Source: Felis catus | Lineage: Eukaryota | Reading direction: 5' to 3' | Length of the DNA stretch: 64,000 nt | NCBI RefSeq assembly: GCF_018350175.1 | Contig: NC_058383.1 | Coordinates: forward strand, 2,852,001-2,916,000 | Shown: positions 12,511 to 24,969 of the stretch, in pieces | Layout: every line of letters begins with the position of its first letter | How positions within the stretch are numbered: position 1 is the stretch's first letter | Notes under the pieces: generated by a model | What the model was told of the DNA's origin: nothing | Database searches by the model: none | What the model saw: only the letters and a program-made list of their open reading frames with translations | Position numbers and translations under genes: made by a program

Positions 12511-14059
12511 ATAGAATGATCAGGATAATTTTTTTCTTGTTTAACATCTCGTTTTTTTTTTTTCCAAACAGCTTTAGTGAAGTATATCTTAGGTATCCTA
12601 AAATTCACCCATTTCACGTGCACAGATCAGTGACTTTTAGTAACTTTTTTGATTGGTATAGCCATCACCATAAATCTGCTTCAGAACATGTTCCTCCACA
12701 TCTCTCTCCTGCACTAAGACCCCTCCTGCCCATTTATAGTTAATCCCTGTCCCCACCTTCTACCATTCCTAGGCAAGCAGAATCTATCTTTTGTCCAAAA
12801 ATTGGACATTTTATGTAACAAATATATATTTTTTATAAGACTATTTTATATATGGTCTTTCATGTTTAACTTATTTCACCTCAAATAATGTTTTTGAGGT
12901 TCATCCATGGCATAACCTATGTCTGTAGTCTTTTCCTTTTTATTACTGAATAGTTTTTCGTATAGATAAAGCACATTTGATGCTTTCAACATTTGATGCA
13001 TAGTTAGGTTGTTTCCAGTTTGGGGCTGTTATGGATAATGCTGCTTTGAACATCTGTGTGCAAATGTTTGGACATAGGTTTTTGTTTCTCTAGGAGAGGA
13101 ATTGCTGGATTGGGTAGTAGTTTTATTGTCAAGTTTCTGAGATACTGACAAACTATATTCCAAAGTGGCTGAATATTTTATATTTTCATCAGCAATCTTG
13201 AAGGTGGCTTTTTTTTTTTTTGCTTCATCCTTACCAACATTATTGTACTCTTGATTGTAGTTCTTCTCATGAGTGTAAAAGTGATATTGCAGTTTTACTT
13301 TGTGTTTTACTAATCACTAATGATGATGAGCATCTTTCCATGCACTTAGTAGCCATTCCTATATCTTATTTGGTGAAATGTATGTTCATATCTTTTGTCT
13401 ATCTCTTGATTTGGTCATTTTTCTTATTTTTATTGAGTTATAGGAGTTGCTTGTAAATTCTACATACCCGTCCTTTATCTAATGTCTACTTTGTAAACAT
13501 TGTCCTCCAGTGTGTAGCTTGACTTTTCATTTGCCTAATGGTGTCTTTGAAGTGGAAATTTAAAATTTTTATGAGGTTCAATTTATCAGTTTTTTTTTTA
13601 AATGAGCAATGCTTTTGGTGTCCTATCTAAGATATTTGGCTAAACAAAGTTTTGAAGACTTTATAACTTCTTCTAAAAAGTTATAGAAGCTTGAAGGCTA
13701 TGATCATTTTGAGTTAATTTTTGTGTGTGGTGTGAGGGAAGTTCTAAGACCATTTCTTTGCATGTGTATAATCCGCTTGTCTCAGTTTCATATGTTGGGC
13801 ATACTCTACATTCCCCAATGAATTGCCTTCCCATATTTGTTAGAAATCAATGGACTGTAAATTTAAGGACTTATTTTTGGAGGTCAGTCTTGTTCCACCT
13901 ACCAACGTCTGTCTTACTGCCAGTAGCACACTACCTTGATAACTTGAGTTTTATGTTGTTTTGAAATTGAGATGTGAAATTCTTCCAAATTTGTTGTTTC
14001 GAAAATTGTTTTGGCTATTCTAAATGTTTTGCATTTTTATATAAACTTTGTGATCTTCC

Positions 14060-14295
14060 AAAAAAAAAAAAAGGGGGGGCGCCTGGGTGGCGCAGTCGGT
14101 TAAGCGTCCGACTTCAGCCAGGTCACGATCTCGCTGTCCGGGAGTTCGAGCCCCGCGTCGGGCTCTGGGCTGATGGCTCGGAGCCTGGAGCCTGTTTCCG
14201 ATTCTGTGTCTCCCTCCCTCTCTGCCCCTCCCCCGTTCATGCTCTGTCTCTCTCTGTCCCAAAAATAAATAAACGTTGAAAAAAAAAAATAAAAA
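14060..14295 (+). mobile_element. Young SINEC_Fc with an extra 5' A13 run
   Basis: Perfect 19-bp TSD ataaactttgtgatcttcc (14041-14059 / 14296-14314). Confidence 0.98.
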
Positions 14296-15179
14296 ATAAA
14301 CTTTGTGATCTTCCTCCCAATTTTTGTGAAAAAGGTTGCTGGAATATTGAAAAGGATTTCATTGAATCTGTAGATCAATTTGAGAATTCCTGGCTTTAAT
14401 AATGAGTCTTCCAATCCATGAACATTGAATGTCTTTCCATTTTTAAATGATCTTTAATTTTTTCAAAAAAGTTTTGTAATTTCCAAAGTGTAAGTCTTGC
14501 ACTTATAAAATTTATTCCTAAGTACCTAATTCTTTTTAATCTTATTATGAATGAATTTATGCCCTTAATTTCATTTTCAGATTACTTTTTAATACATATA
14601 TATACATATGTATATATATATTGGTTTTATATAACCAATATATATAATTGGTTTTATATATTGATGTTATATTGCCTATCTTGCAGCATTGATGTACTTA
14701 TTTATTAGTTTTAATTTTTTGTGGATTCCTGAGGATTTTCTGTGTATAGGGTCATGCCATCTGCAAAAAGAGAGAGTTTTAATATTTCCTTTACAAACTG
14801 GATGCCACTTATTTATTTCTTTTGGGTGGGTAGGACTTCCAGTACTATTATTAAATAGAACTGATGAGAGCAGACATCCTTGCCTTGTTCCCCATGTGAG
14901 GGGAAAAGAGTTTAGTTTTCCATTATATGTATGGTATTTTCTATAGGTTTTTTTGTGTAGTCTTTATCAGGTTGAGGAAATTGTTTTCTACTCCAAGTTT
15001 GTTAAGAATTTTTACCATGAATGGATATTGGGCTTTGTCAAATGCACCTACTGTATTGTTCATGTGCTTTTTGCCCTTTATTCTATTAATATGGTGTGTT
15101 ACATTAATTGATTTTCAGCTGTTCAACCAACCTTGTATTCCTGGGGTATTTCCTATTTTATCCTGGTTTATAATAGGTC

Positions 15180-15386
15180 TTTTCAAAGTTTATTTATTTT
15201 GAGAGGGACAATGCTTGTGTGCCTGAGTTGGGGAGGGCTAAAGACAGAGGGAGAGAGAATCCCAAGCAGTCTCCTTGCTGTCAGCACAGAGCCCAGTGTG
15301 AGGCTTGATCTCACGAACCATGAGATCATGACCTGAGCCAAGATCCAGAGTGAGACAATTAATGGACTGAGCCATCCAGGTGCTCC
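15180..15386 (-). mobile_element. Older Can-SINE
   Basis: SINE match; TSD tataatag. Confidence 0.92.
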
Positions 15387-15672
15387 TATAATAGTTTTTA
15401 TATGTTGTTGGCTTTGGGTTGCTAATATTTTGTTGAGTTTTTTTCTCATCTCTATTTGTGAGGGATGTTGATTTGTAGTTTTTTGTTTTTGTTTTTCTCT
15501 TGTGATGGCTTTGGTGTCAGGGTGATTCTGTCCTCATAGGATGAATTAGGAAGTGTTGCGTTCTCTTTTACTTTCTAAAAGAATGTTTTATGGAATATTT
15601 TATTCTTTAAATATTTTATAAAATTCACCAGTGAAGTCCTCTAGATCTAGACTTTTTTGGGGGGCAAGATTT

Positions 15673-15890
15673 AAAAATTTTTTTTTTCAACGTTTATTTA
15701 TTTTTGGGACAGAGAGAGACAGAGCATGAACGGGGGAGGGGCAGAGAGAGAGGGAGGCACAGAATCTGAAACAGGCTCCAGGCTCCGAGCCATCAGCCCA
15801 GAGCCCGACGCGGGGCTCGAACTCCTGGACGGCGAGATCGTGACCTGGCTGAAGTCGGACGCTTAACCGACTGCGCCACCCAGGCGCCCC
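15673..15890 (-). mobile_element. Young SINEC_Fc
   Basis: Perfect 15-bp TSD tggggggcaagattt. Confidence 0.98.
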
Positions 15891-16183
15891 TGGGGGGCAA
15901 GATTTTAAATTGCTTATTCACTGCCTGTGCTTGTTACAGATCTATACAGATTTTCTCTTTATTCTTTAGTCAGTTTTAGCAGTTGGTGACTTTTCTAGGA
16001 GTTTGTCCATTTTATCTCATTTGTTGGATTCATTGACACAAAGTTCATAGTATTTCCTCATAATCCTTTTAATATTTGAGGGTCAGAGGTAGTCTCTCCT
16101 TCCTGTTTTTGTGGGTTTTTTTTTCCTTCTTTTTTTTCCTGCTAAAGGTTTGTCTACTTAAGGGTTTGTCTATTTTGTTAATA

Positions 16184-16406
16184 TATTTAAAAAAAAATTT
16201 TTTTTAATGTTTATTTATTTTTGAGACAGAGAGAGACAGAGCATGAACAGGGGAGAGTCAGACAGAGGGAGACACAGAATCTGAAACAGGCTTCAGGCTC
16301 TGAGCTGTCAGCACAGAGCCTGACGCGGGGCTCGAACTCACGTACCGCGAGATCACGACCTAAGCCTAAGTCAGACCCTTAACCGACTGAGCCACCCAGG
16401 CGCCCC
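16184..16406 (-). mobile_element. SINEC_Fc2-like
   Basis: TSD tattttgttaata. Confidence 0.97.
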
Positions 16407-16726
16407 TATTTTGTTAATACTTGAAAAGAACCTACACTTGGTTGTTTAAATTTATCTTATATAATTTATTTATTTCCCCTACTGTTTTTCTGTTTTATAT
16501 TTCTTTAGGTTCCACTCTCCTCTTTATTATTTCTTTCTTAATGATTACGTTCAGTGTGTTTTCCTTTTCTTTTTCTACATTTTTAAAGTGAACATTTAGA
16601 TTATTGATTTGAGAGCTTTTTTCACTACTATGGGCATTTAGTGCTATGACTTACCCTCTATGTCTGCATTAGCTGTGTTCCATACATTCTGACCCTCTCC
16701 ACACCAATACAATTACACTGTCTTTT

Positions 16727-16934
16727 TTTTTTTTTAACTTTTTTTTTTTTGAGACAGGGAGAGACAGAGCATGAACAGGCGAGGGTCAGAGAGAGGGAGA
16801 CACAGAATCTGAAACAGGCTCCAGGCTCTGAGCTGTTAGCACAGAGCCCGATGTGGGGCTCAAACCCACGGACCGCGAGATCATGACCTGAGCCGAAGTC
16901 GGCCGCTTAACCGACTGAGCCACCCAGGCGCCCC
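16727..16934 (-). mobile_element. SINEC_Fc2-like
   Basis: TSD tacactgtctttt. Confidence 0.97.
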
Positions 16935-18605
16935 TACACTGTCTTTTATATTTACCAATGTAATTTCCTTCCCTGGTCTTCTTTGATTCCTCATGTGGAC
17001 TGAGATACCATTTAGTTTCATTTTATTTCAGATTGAAGGAATCCCTTTAGTATTTCTTACAGAGTATGTTTGCTGGTCACACGTTCTTTCAGTTTTTCTT
17101 TATCTGTTAAATTATTTACTTTACTTTTTGAAGGATGGTTTTGCTGGATTTGTAATTCTTGGTTGATAGGTTTTTGTTTGTTTTAGCACTTGGAAAATAC
17201 CACCTCATTGTCTTCTAGTCTGCATGGTTTCTAATGAGATCTTACTGAGGATCCCTTGTAGTAGATGAGCCTTTTTTTTTTTCCTGCTGCTCTTAAGATT
17301 CTCTATCTTTAAGTAGTTTGTAAGAGTTTGTCTAGGTGTAGATCTCTTTGAGTTATCCTCTTTGGTTGGAGTTCATTCAGCTTCTGGATGGTAATTTAAT
17401 GTTTTTCATCAAACATGAATTTTTGGCCATCTTTCTGTTACAGTGTTTTTGAATTCTGATATTTCATTTTGATTTTTTTTAAATTTAAATCTCTCTGCTT
17501 ATGTTTCCCATCTATTTCTGCATGTTGTATGCTTTTTCCACTAGAGCCTTTTAGCGTATTAATCAGTTACTTTAATTTGGTTTGACAATTCCAAAATCTG
17601 TGTTGTATATGAATCTGGTTCTGATGCTTACTTTGTTCCTTCAGACTTTGTGTTTTCTTGCCTTTTAGTATGCTTTATAATTTTTGTTGAAAGCTGGACA
17701 TATTATACTGGGTAATAGGATCTAAGGTAATTAGGTGTTTACTGTGAGGTTTTATGTTTATCTGGCATGGAGTTAGGCTTAGTGTTAGCTCTAACTGCAA
17801 GTGTTAGAGGCTTTTGTTTCCTCTTATATTCTTGTTGTTGTTCTTCTTTTTCTTTTTCCTGTTTGTTTGTTATTGTGCTCCCCTAGAAACGTGCTCCTAA
17901 ATAGGGACTGTATCTTGAAGGTTTTTTTTGTTTTTTTTTGTTTTTTTGTTTGTTTTTTTTTTTTTTTTAGTTGTAATCCACTGTTGCTTTCCTGGAGCCC
18001 TGTAGAGTGGTGGTAAGGTAGTGTGGGGAAAAAAGCATTCTATAATTTTATGATCAAATCTCAGATTATTATTTATTATTATTTTTTTTAGTGGAGGTAA
18101 ATATCTGGGATATGATCTTAGGAAGACTTTCTTAGCATTGTTTCCTTCACTTAGGTGAGGCAGGGAGGGATGCTAGAAAGGACCGGATTTTTAATTATTT
18201 TTTTTGTAGGTCAGATACTCTTCTGGTAAAATAGTTTTCCCTTGTTATGGGGAACAGAATGCTCTGGGAATATTTCAAAATGCTTCGACTCCCAGTGTGC
18301 TTACCTTTGTGTATTTGGCGATGTCCCAGAGGTCTCAGAAGTGCTGTTTATTTTTGTTCACTTTTCCTCTGTTTTTCAAACTGGATAATCCCAGTTGAGG
18401 TGTCTTCAAATTTTCTGGTCGTTAATTTGGCCACTTCATCTATGCTGTGGAGCCTTTGTAGTGCATATTTCCTTTCAGTTGTAGTTTTCAACTGCAGAGT
18501 GTTTAGTGGGTTCCTTTTCATAAGATGCATATTTTTATTACAATTCATTATTTTGTGAGACATTGTTTTCAATTTTACTTTAATTTTTTGTGACACGATT
18601 TAATT

Positions 18606-18815
18606 CTTTTTTTAAGTTTTATTTATTTTGAGAGAGAGCGTGCGCATGCACGCACATGAGCAGGGGAAGGGCAGAGAGAGAGAGAGAAAGTATCCCAAGC
18701 AGGCTCTGCACTCATAGTGCAGAGCCTGATGTGGGGCTCGAACTCAGGAACTGTGAAATCATGACCTGAGCTGAAATCAGGAGTTGGATGCTTAAATGAG
18801 CCACCCAGGCACCCC
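18606..18815 (-). mobile_element. Older Can-SINE
   Basis: SINE match; TSD tttaa(t/g)tcttt. Confidence 0.93.
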
Positions 18816-18983
18816 TCCTTTAAGTCTTTGAAAATATTTATGATAGATGATTTATAGCCTTAGCTTAGTGAGTCCCAGGGATGGTTTCTATTGATAGCTC
18901 TTTTTCTCATGTATGGGCTGTACTGGGCCATACTTTGTTGCTTCATTGCATGTCTTGTAATTTTTTGATCACAACTGGAAATT

Positions 18984-19205
18984 AAAAAAAAAATTTTTTT
19001 TTCAACGTTTATTTATTTTTGGGACAGAGAGAGACAGAGCATGAACGGGGGAGGGGCAGAGAGAGAGGGAGACACAGAATCGGAAACAGGCTCCAGGCTC
19101 TGAGCCATCAGCCCAGAGCCCGACGCGGGGCTCGAACTCACGGACCGCGAGATCGTGACCTGGCTGAAGTCGGACGCTTAACCGACTGCGCCACCCAGGC
19201 GCCCC
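18984..19205 (-). mobile_element. Young SINEC_Fc
   Basis: CpGs intact; perfect 14-bp TSD cacaactggaaatt. Confidence 0.98.
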
Positions 19206-19707
19206 CACAACTGGAAATTTTAATGATGCAATGTGTAAACTTTGGAACTCTGAATTCCTCATCTCCCCAGGACGTCATCTTCTTGTGTTGCTGCTGTTTG
19301 TTTGTATTGTGACTTTTCTGGATGAATCCTCTAAAATCTCTTTTCTTTCTTGTCTCTTTCTTCGTTGACTAAAGTCTACTCTTAGTTTGATTAGTGTTAG
19401 CCAATGGTTAGACAAAGATTTCCTTAAATTCATATTACCAGTAATTCTCCTAGCCTTCTGTGAGTGGCCTGGTGTGGTGAATGGCTCTGACACTTTCGGC
19501 ATGAAGGTACTTTTTTGTGTCTGCCTTCACTCTCTAGTAGTGTAGGGCCTCAGGGTCATCCGGGAGTGAGAGACTTGGGTCCTCTTGAGCTTTTTTTCTG
19601 GACATGCACATAGTCCTACTTATGTGTGTGGAGTTCTGTGTCCCCCAGGATTTCTATGATATGTTCAAAACCTTCTGTGGACTTATTATTCTACAGATCT
19701 TCCTTTT

Positions 19708-19924
19708 ATTTTGTTTTATTTATTTATTTTATTTATTTAAAATATTTATTTTTGGCAGAGTGCAAGTAGGGGAGGGGCAGATAGAGGGGGACAGAGGATC
19801 CAAAGCAGACTCTGTGCTGGCAGGCTGACAGCAGCAAGCCTGATGTGGGGCTTGAACTCATGAACTGCGTGAGATCGTGACTTGAGCTGGGGTCGGACAC
19901 TCAGCTGACTGAGTCACCCGGGTG
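19708..19924 (-). mobile_element. Can-SINE
   Basis: (TTTA)n tail; TSD gatcttc(c/g)tttta. Confidence 0.92.
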
Positions 19925-21294
19925 GATCTTCGTTTTAAGTTTTGGGCTAAAACTCTTGTTTGCCCAACTGGTAGGACAGACTTAGTAGTGGTGATGTTAA
20001 TCAATTGCAGCTAATTGTTTTTGACAGACACCCTGGAGATGGGGCTTTTCTTGTTTCCTGAGCTCTGAGTCACATCAAATAATGATGATGCTATGCGAAT
20101 GGGGCTTTTCCAGGGAGCTGAGACAGGTCTAATAGTGTCTGTGTTCTGGAGATGGTGCTTTACGGGGAGATCCAAACCTGGAAGCTGCAGAACTACAGTT
20201 TTTGTCAGTTACTGTGTTTGGGAGGCTGTTGGTTTGTGAGGTTGCTTATTTTTAAGGCTACCATAGAGCTCAGGAGAGGAGGATCCCGTAGATCAGAGTG
20301 AAATGTCAGAAATTCAGCTGTTCGAACCAAGGCTCAGCAGTTTTTCTAGGATAATGCTTCTTAGATTTTTATAAGCCTTTGATTAATCTCCAGAATTTTG
20401 AAAAGTTGATGTTCACAATTATGCCAGTATTTTCATTGTTTTTATGGGTAAGAGCATTTACAAAGGTTCTTACTTAACTATTCTGGTAGTTCTGTGCCTC
20501 TGCCCCCAATATGGATGAGTTTTAATAGCAAGTGAAAAAAGTAAATCCCTGAAGATTACGTATAGCATTTATAAATTTGATAAACTTAGAAACAACTAAA
20601 AGAATGTATGTAGAAATATGCATATATGTGTGTATATATGTATATGTATATATGAAACATTTTTATTATGCAAAAATACATGAACTTATATCTGTAAAAA
20701 GTATAGGATTCCAGATAGCGGTCATCTTAGGTAGGGGCAGATCCAGGAATGGGGTGAGAATACATAGGACAATGTCTATTATAATTAAGATCCAGTTATG
20801 TTTTCAAGTAATGGTTTCAATTTTTATTCCATCATTGAAAACGTACACACAAGCAAAAAAACATTTCATGGTTGTGGTTGATTTCACATTAACATGTGAG
20901 ATGGGGAATCTGTTATGCGATGGAGTTTTTTATAAAGGAGCTTTGACCTCAACTTTTAAAGCCATTTTTATGGCTACAGGAATTAGTCAGGGGAGGATAT
21001 GTCTCGAGTCTCACATGGGAGCTGCTTCAGCTAGCCTGACTCTAGTATCAGGACAGGATAGATGATTATGAAAGCGGCGACAGCTGCTAGTGCCACTTTG
21101 AGATGAGTAGTTGTCTCATACTGCCCCTGCCTAGGTCCCTTGCAGCCCATATCTTCATAACCTGATCTGGAGGGTGTTAGTAAACGTACAGGAGCTATCA
21201 CTGAAGTCCAATAAATACCCAGATAATGCTACCCTTACTGAATTCCATACTTACAGCATGATGTTCACAACTTCCACAAGTGTTGAAAGGCTTT

Positions 21295-21498
21295 AAATTT
21301 TTTTTGAATCTTCTGTGTAATTTTTGACAGAGAGAGGGAGAGAGAGTGCACATAGGGGAGGGACAGAGAGAGAGGGGGACAGAGGATCTGAAGCAGGCTT
21401 CGTGTTGACAGCAGGGAGCCTGATGCGGGGCTTGAACACGAACTATGAGATCATGACCTGAGAGGAAGTCGGATGCTTAACTGAGCTACCCCGGTGCA
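21295..21498 (-). mobile_element. Can-SINE
   Basis: SINE match; TSD tgaaa(g/a)gcttt. Confidence 0.92.
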
Positions 21499-21527
21499 CT
21501 GAAAAGCTTTTTAGAATAATCTTGTGA

Positions 21528-21675
21528 AGGCGTCTGGGTGGCTCAGTCTGTTAAGCATTTGACTTGAGGTTTTGGCCTAGGTCATGATCTTACGGTTCGT
21601 GTGATTGAGCCCTGTGGGATTCTCTTTCTCTCTCTGTCCCCCGCTGCCCCAATAAATAAACAATCTTTAAAAAAT
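21528..21675 (+). mobile_element. Internally deleted Can-SINE
   Basis: Head, short CT region and AATAAA tail; TSD agaataatc(t/a)tgtgaag. Confidence 0.9.
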
Positions 21676-21849
21676 GCAGAATAATCATGTGAAGATTTTG
21701 GGGGAATACCTAAAACTGCATTGAAGATAGGTTGAGCATAATATCATGGAAGCAGGATCAGAATGGAAAGGTAACTAAGAAAATGGAAATTTAAAAATTA
21801 TAGTTTTCCTGCTTTAACTAATGAGTGTGTTGTTTTAAAAATTCATCGC

Positions 21850-22244
21850 ATTTTATTTTCATTTCAGTATAGTTAATACGGTGTTACATTAGCTTCAGGT
21901 GTAGAGTGTAGTGATTGAACAATACAGTGCATCGCCCAGTGCTCATCCTAAGTGTACTCTCCAATCCCTATCACCGATTAAATTTATCCCTCCCAACTCT
22001 TTTCCTCTGGTAACCATCAGTTCTCTATAGTTAAGAGTCTGTTTCTTTGTCTCTTTCTCTTTTTTCTTTGCTCGTTTGTTTTGTTTCTTAAATTATACAT
22101 ATAAGTGAAATCATATAGTATTTGTTTTTCTCTGACTTAATTTGCTTAGCATTACACTCTCGAGCTCCATCCGTGTTATTGCAAATGTCAAGATTTCATT
22201 CCTTCTAGGGCTGAATAATATTCCATTGTGTGTGTGTGTGTACA

Positions 22245-22293
<49 letters not shown>

Positions 22294-23240
22294 TTCATCC
22301 CTTTATCAGTTGATGGACACTTGGACTGTTTCCATAATTGGGCTCTTGTAAATTATGCTACAGTAAACATAGCGGTGCATGTATCCTTTGAGTTAGTGTT
22401 TTTGTATTTTTTTGGTAAATGCCCAGTAGTGTGGTGACTAGATCATAGGGTAGTTGTATTTTTAACTTTTTGAGGAACCTCCATATGGTTTTCCATAGTG
22501 GCGGCTCCAGTTTGCAAGAGGGTTCCCTTTTCTCCACATCCTTCCCAACACTTGTTGTCTCTTGTGTTTTTGATTTTAGCCATTCTAACAGGTGTGAGGT
22601 GATAACACCTGGTAGTTTTGATTTGCATTTCCCTGATCAAGAGTGATGTTGAGCATCTTTTCGTGTGTTTGTTGGCTATCTGTGTGTCGTCTTTGGAGAA
22701 GTACCTGTTCAGTCTTCTGCCCATTTTTAAATTGAATTATTTTCTAGGTGCTGAGTTGTAGAAGTTCTTTATATATTTTGGATGCTATCCCTGTATCAGA
22801 TATGTCATTTTCTAATATCTTCTCCCATTCAGATGGTTGCCTTTTAGTTTTGATGATTGTTTTCTTGGCTGTGAAGAAGCTTTTTACTTGATGTAGTCCC
22901 AATAGTTTATTTTTGCTTTGGAGACATACCTAGAAGAAAGTTGTGATGGCCAATTTGAGAGACATTGCTGCCTGTGTTCTCTACTAGGATTTTTATGGTT
23001 TCAGATCTCGTATCTAGATCTTTAGCCCATTTTGAGCTTATTTTTGTGCATGATGTAAGCAAGTGGTCCCATTTCATTCCTTTGCATGTTGCTGTCCAGT
23101 TTTCCCAGCACCATTTGTTGAAGAGACTTTTTTTGTGCTTTGTCAAAGATTAATTGACCATATAATTGTGGGTTTATTTATGGGTTTTCTATTCTGTTCC
23201 ATTGATCTCTGTATCTGTTAGTGTGCCAGTACCATACTGT
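21850..23240 (-). mobile_element. Carnivore L1 3' segment (3' UTR to ORF2 TVWYW region)
   Basis: ORF2 peptides [17 protein letters not shown] and [16 protein letters not shown]. Confidence 0.95.
22227..22291. repeat. Compound (TG)n-(CA)n microsatellite
   Basis: About 7 TG units, then tacacgta, then about 21 CA units. Confidence 0.95.
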
Positions 23241-23897
23241 TACCAAAATGAGAGAAATACAGGCCAGTATCTCTGATGAAGAGAGATGTAAAAATCCTCA
23301 ACAAAATAGTAGCAAATTGAATCCAACAATACATTAAAAAAAAATCATTCACCACAATCAAGTGGGCTTTATTCCTGGGATGCAGGGGTGGTTCAGTATT
23401 CGCAAATCAATCTATGTGATAACATCATATTAATAGGAGAAAGGAAAGAAAAACAGATCATTTGAGTAGACACAGAAAAAGTATTTGACAAAGTACAATA
23501 CCCATTCATGATTAAAGCCATCAACCAAATAAACTTAGAGGGGACGTACCCCTCTAAGTACATAATAAAGGCCATATGTGAAAAACCCATAGGGAATATC
23601 CTGCTCAGCAGACAAAACTGAGAGCTTTCCCCCTAAGGTCAGGAACAAGAGAAAGATGTTTACTCTCACTTTTATTCAACATAGTACTGGAAGTCTTAGC
23701 CGTAGCAATCAGACAACAAAAAGAAAAAGCATCCAAATTGGTAAGAAAGAAGTAAAATTTTCACTATTTGCAGATGACATGATACTATATATAGAAAACC
23801 CTAAAGATTCCACCAAAAAACTACTAAAACTGATGAATGAATTTAGTAAAGGCATAAGATACAAAATCAATGCATAGAAATCTGTTGAATTTCTACA
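23241..23897 (+). mobile_element. Inverted L1 ORF2 reverse-transcriptase segment
   Basis: Plus-strand remnants [19 protein letters not shown] and [21 protein letters not shown]. Confidence 0.95.
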
Positions 23898-24969
23898 CGT
23901 ATGGCTTTTATGTGTGAATCATGAATGATAAAGTGGTGTCATTTACAGAAAATAATGTGCAGGGAATAAATGCAAAAAGACCTTAATGAAGAGAAAACTC
24001 CGCGTGGCTTAGTGTCATGCCCTCAGTAGGGCATGCGGGGGAAATGTGTAAGATCTAATTGAGATTCTTAGCAAAAGGTGTTAATGAGGTCTGAAGAACT
24101 GGATGATCAGACATACTGGATGGTGAGGTTTGGCTCTTCAAAGGGTAATGGGTTCAATGGTTTTTATTGTGTCTTCCCAAGAAATTCACTTGGAACCACA
24201 ATTTATATTTCTGAAGAGGCAAAGACTAAGTTTTAGAAAAGAAATTTCTCCTAGATACTATTACATAGTTTGAGTATTTCTATTATGATTTTATTACTTC
24301 CCATCTGTGGTAGATGTTTTATTGAAATTATTTGGATGTTATCATCAAGCTGTGACAATGATGCTTTAAAGGTCATATGCAGAACACAATTAAATTTTCC
24401 AAGTGAAATAAGAATATGCATTGTGAAAGGCAAATAATTTGAAATGGTTCCTTTTTTTTCATGTGGACTATTTTATGATGACATTTTGAGGTGTTTAAAT
24501 CATTGTGTTTTTCTTTTTGATTGCAATTTTCCCTTCACTGTTTGTGTAGATTAAAAAAAGAAACCTGTGTGTTTAAACTTGGAGTCTATTAGTTAATATA
24601 AACTTATTGTAAACTCAACAATAGACTCTATTATAACTGTGTGGAAATTTATTAAAATTTTTTAGCTCTTATGTAAATGTGATGGCTCCTGATTGATATT
24701 TAATTATGCACACTTCAGTTTATTCTAAATTATATAAACCAACATTTCTGTACCTCTGCTTGTCATTAGTTTACTCATTAGGAGATCTCAACATTTCCTT
24801 TAGTCTAAAATTTTGTGATTTTATGTTACTTCTCCGCCCATAAAAGTAATGAATGCTTGCTTCTTTCAGATGTTTGAAATTAATACTGGAAAAATTGTAG
24901 TTATTATTGCCCATCTCGGATTGTTTTAATATTGTGACTGTTTGACAGTGTTTTCTGTTTGATTTGTGG

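Larger units (their letters stand above)
12545..20490 (-). mobile_element. Composite of old L1 segments (L1MB/MC/MD-like 3' UTR, ORF2, ORF1 and 5' regions) carrying 8 nested SINEs
   Basis: ORF2 remnants (KLIYRFNEI…PATFF; KLNKILA…QQHIK), ORF1-like coiled-coil remnant at 18348-18596, and old L1 5'-end-like sequence at ~17480-18250 and ~19900-20490. Confidence 0.75.

Noticed and set aside
3257..19312. Recurrent peptide …PGWRSRLSVRLQPGHDLAVREFEPRV… resembling a gene family
   Set aside because: Translations of SINEC_Fc copies
20577..21065. 162-aa ORF
   Set aside because: TTG start, runs through TA-rich low-complexity sequence, no splice or domain support
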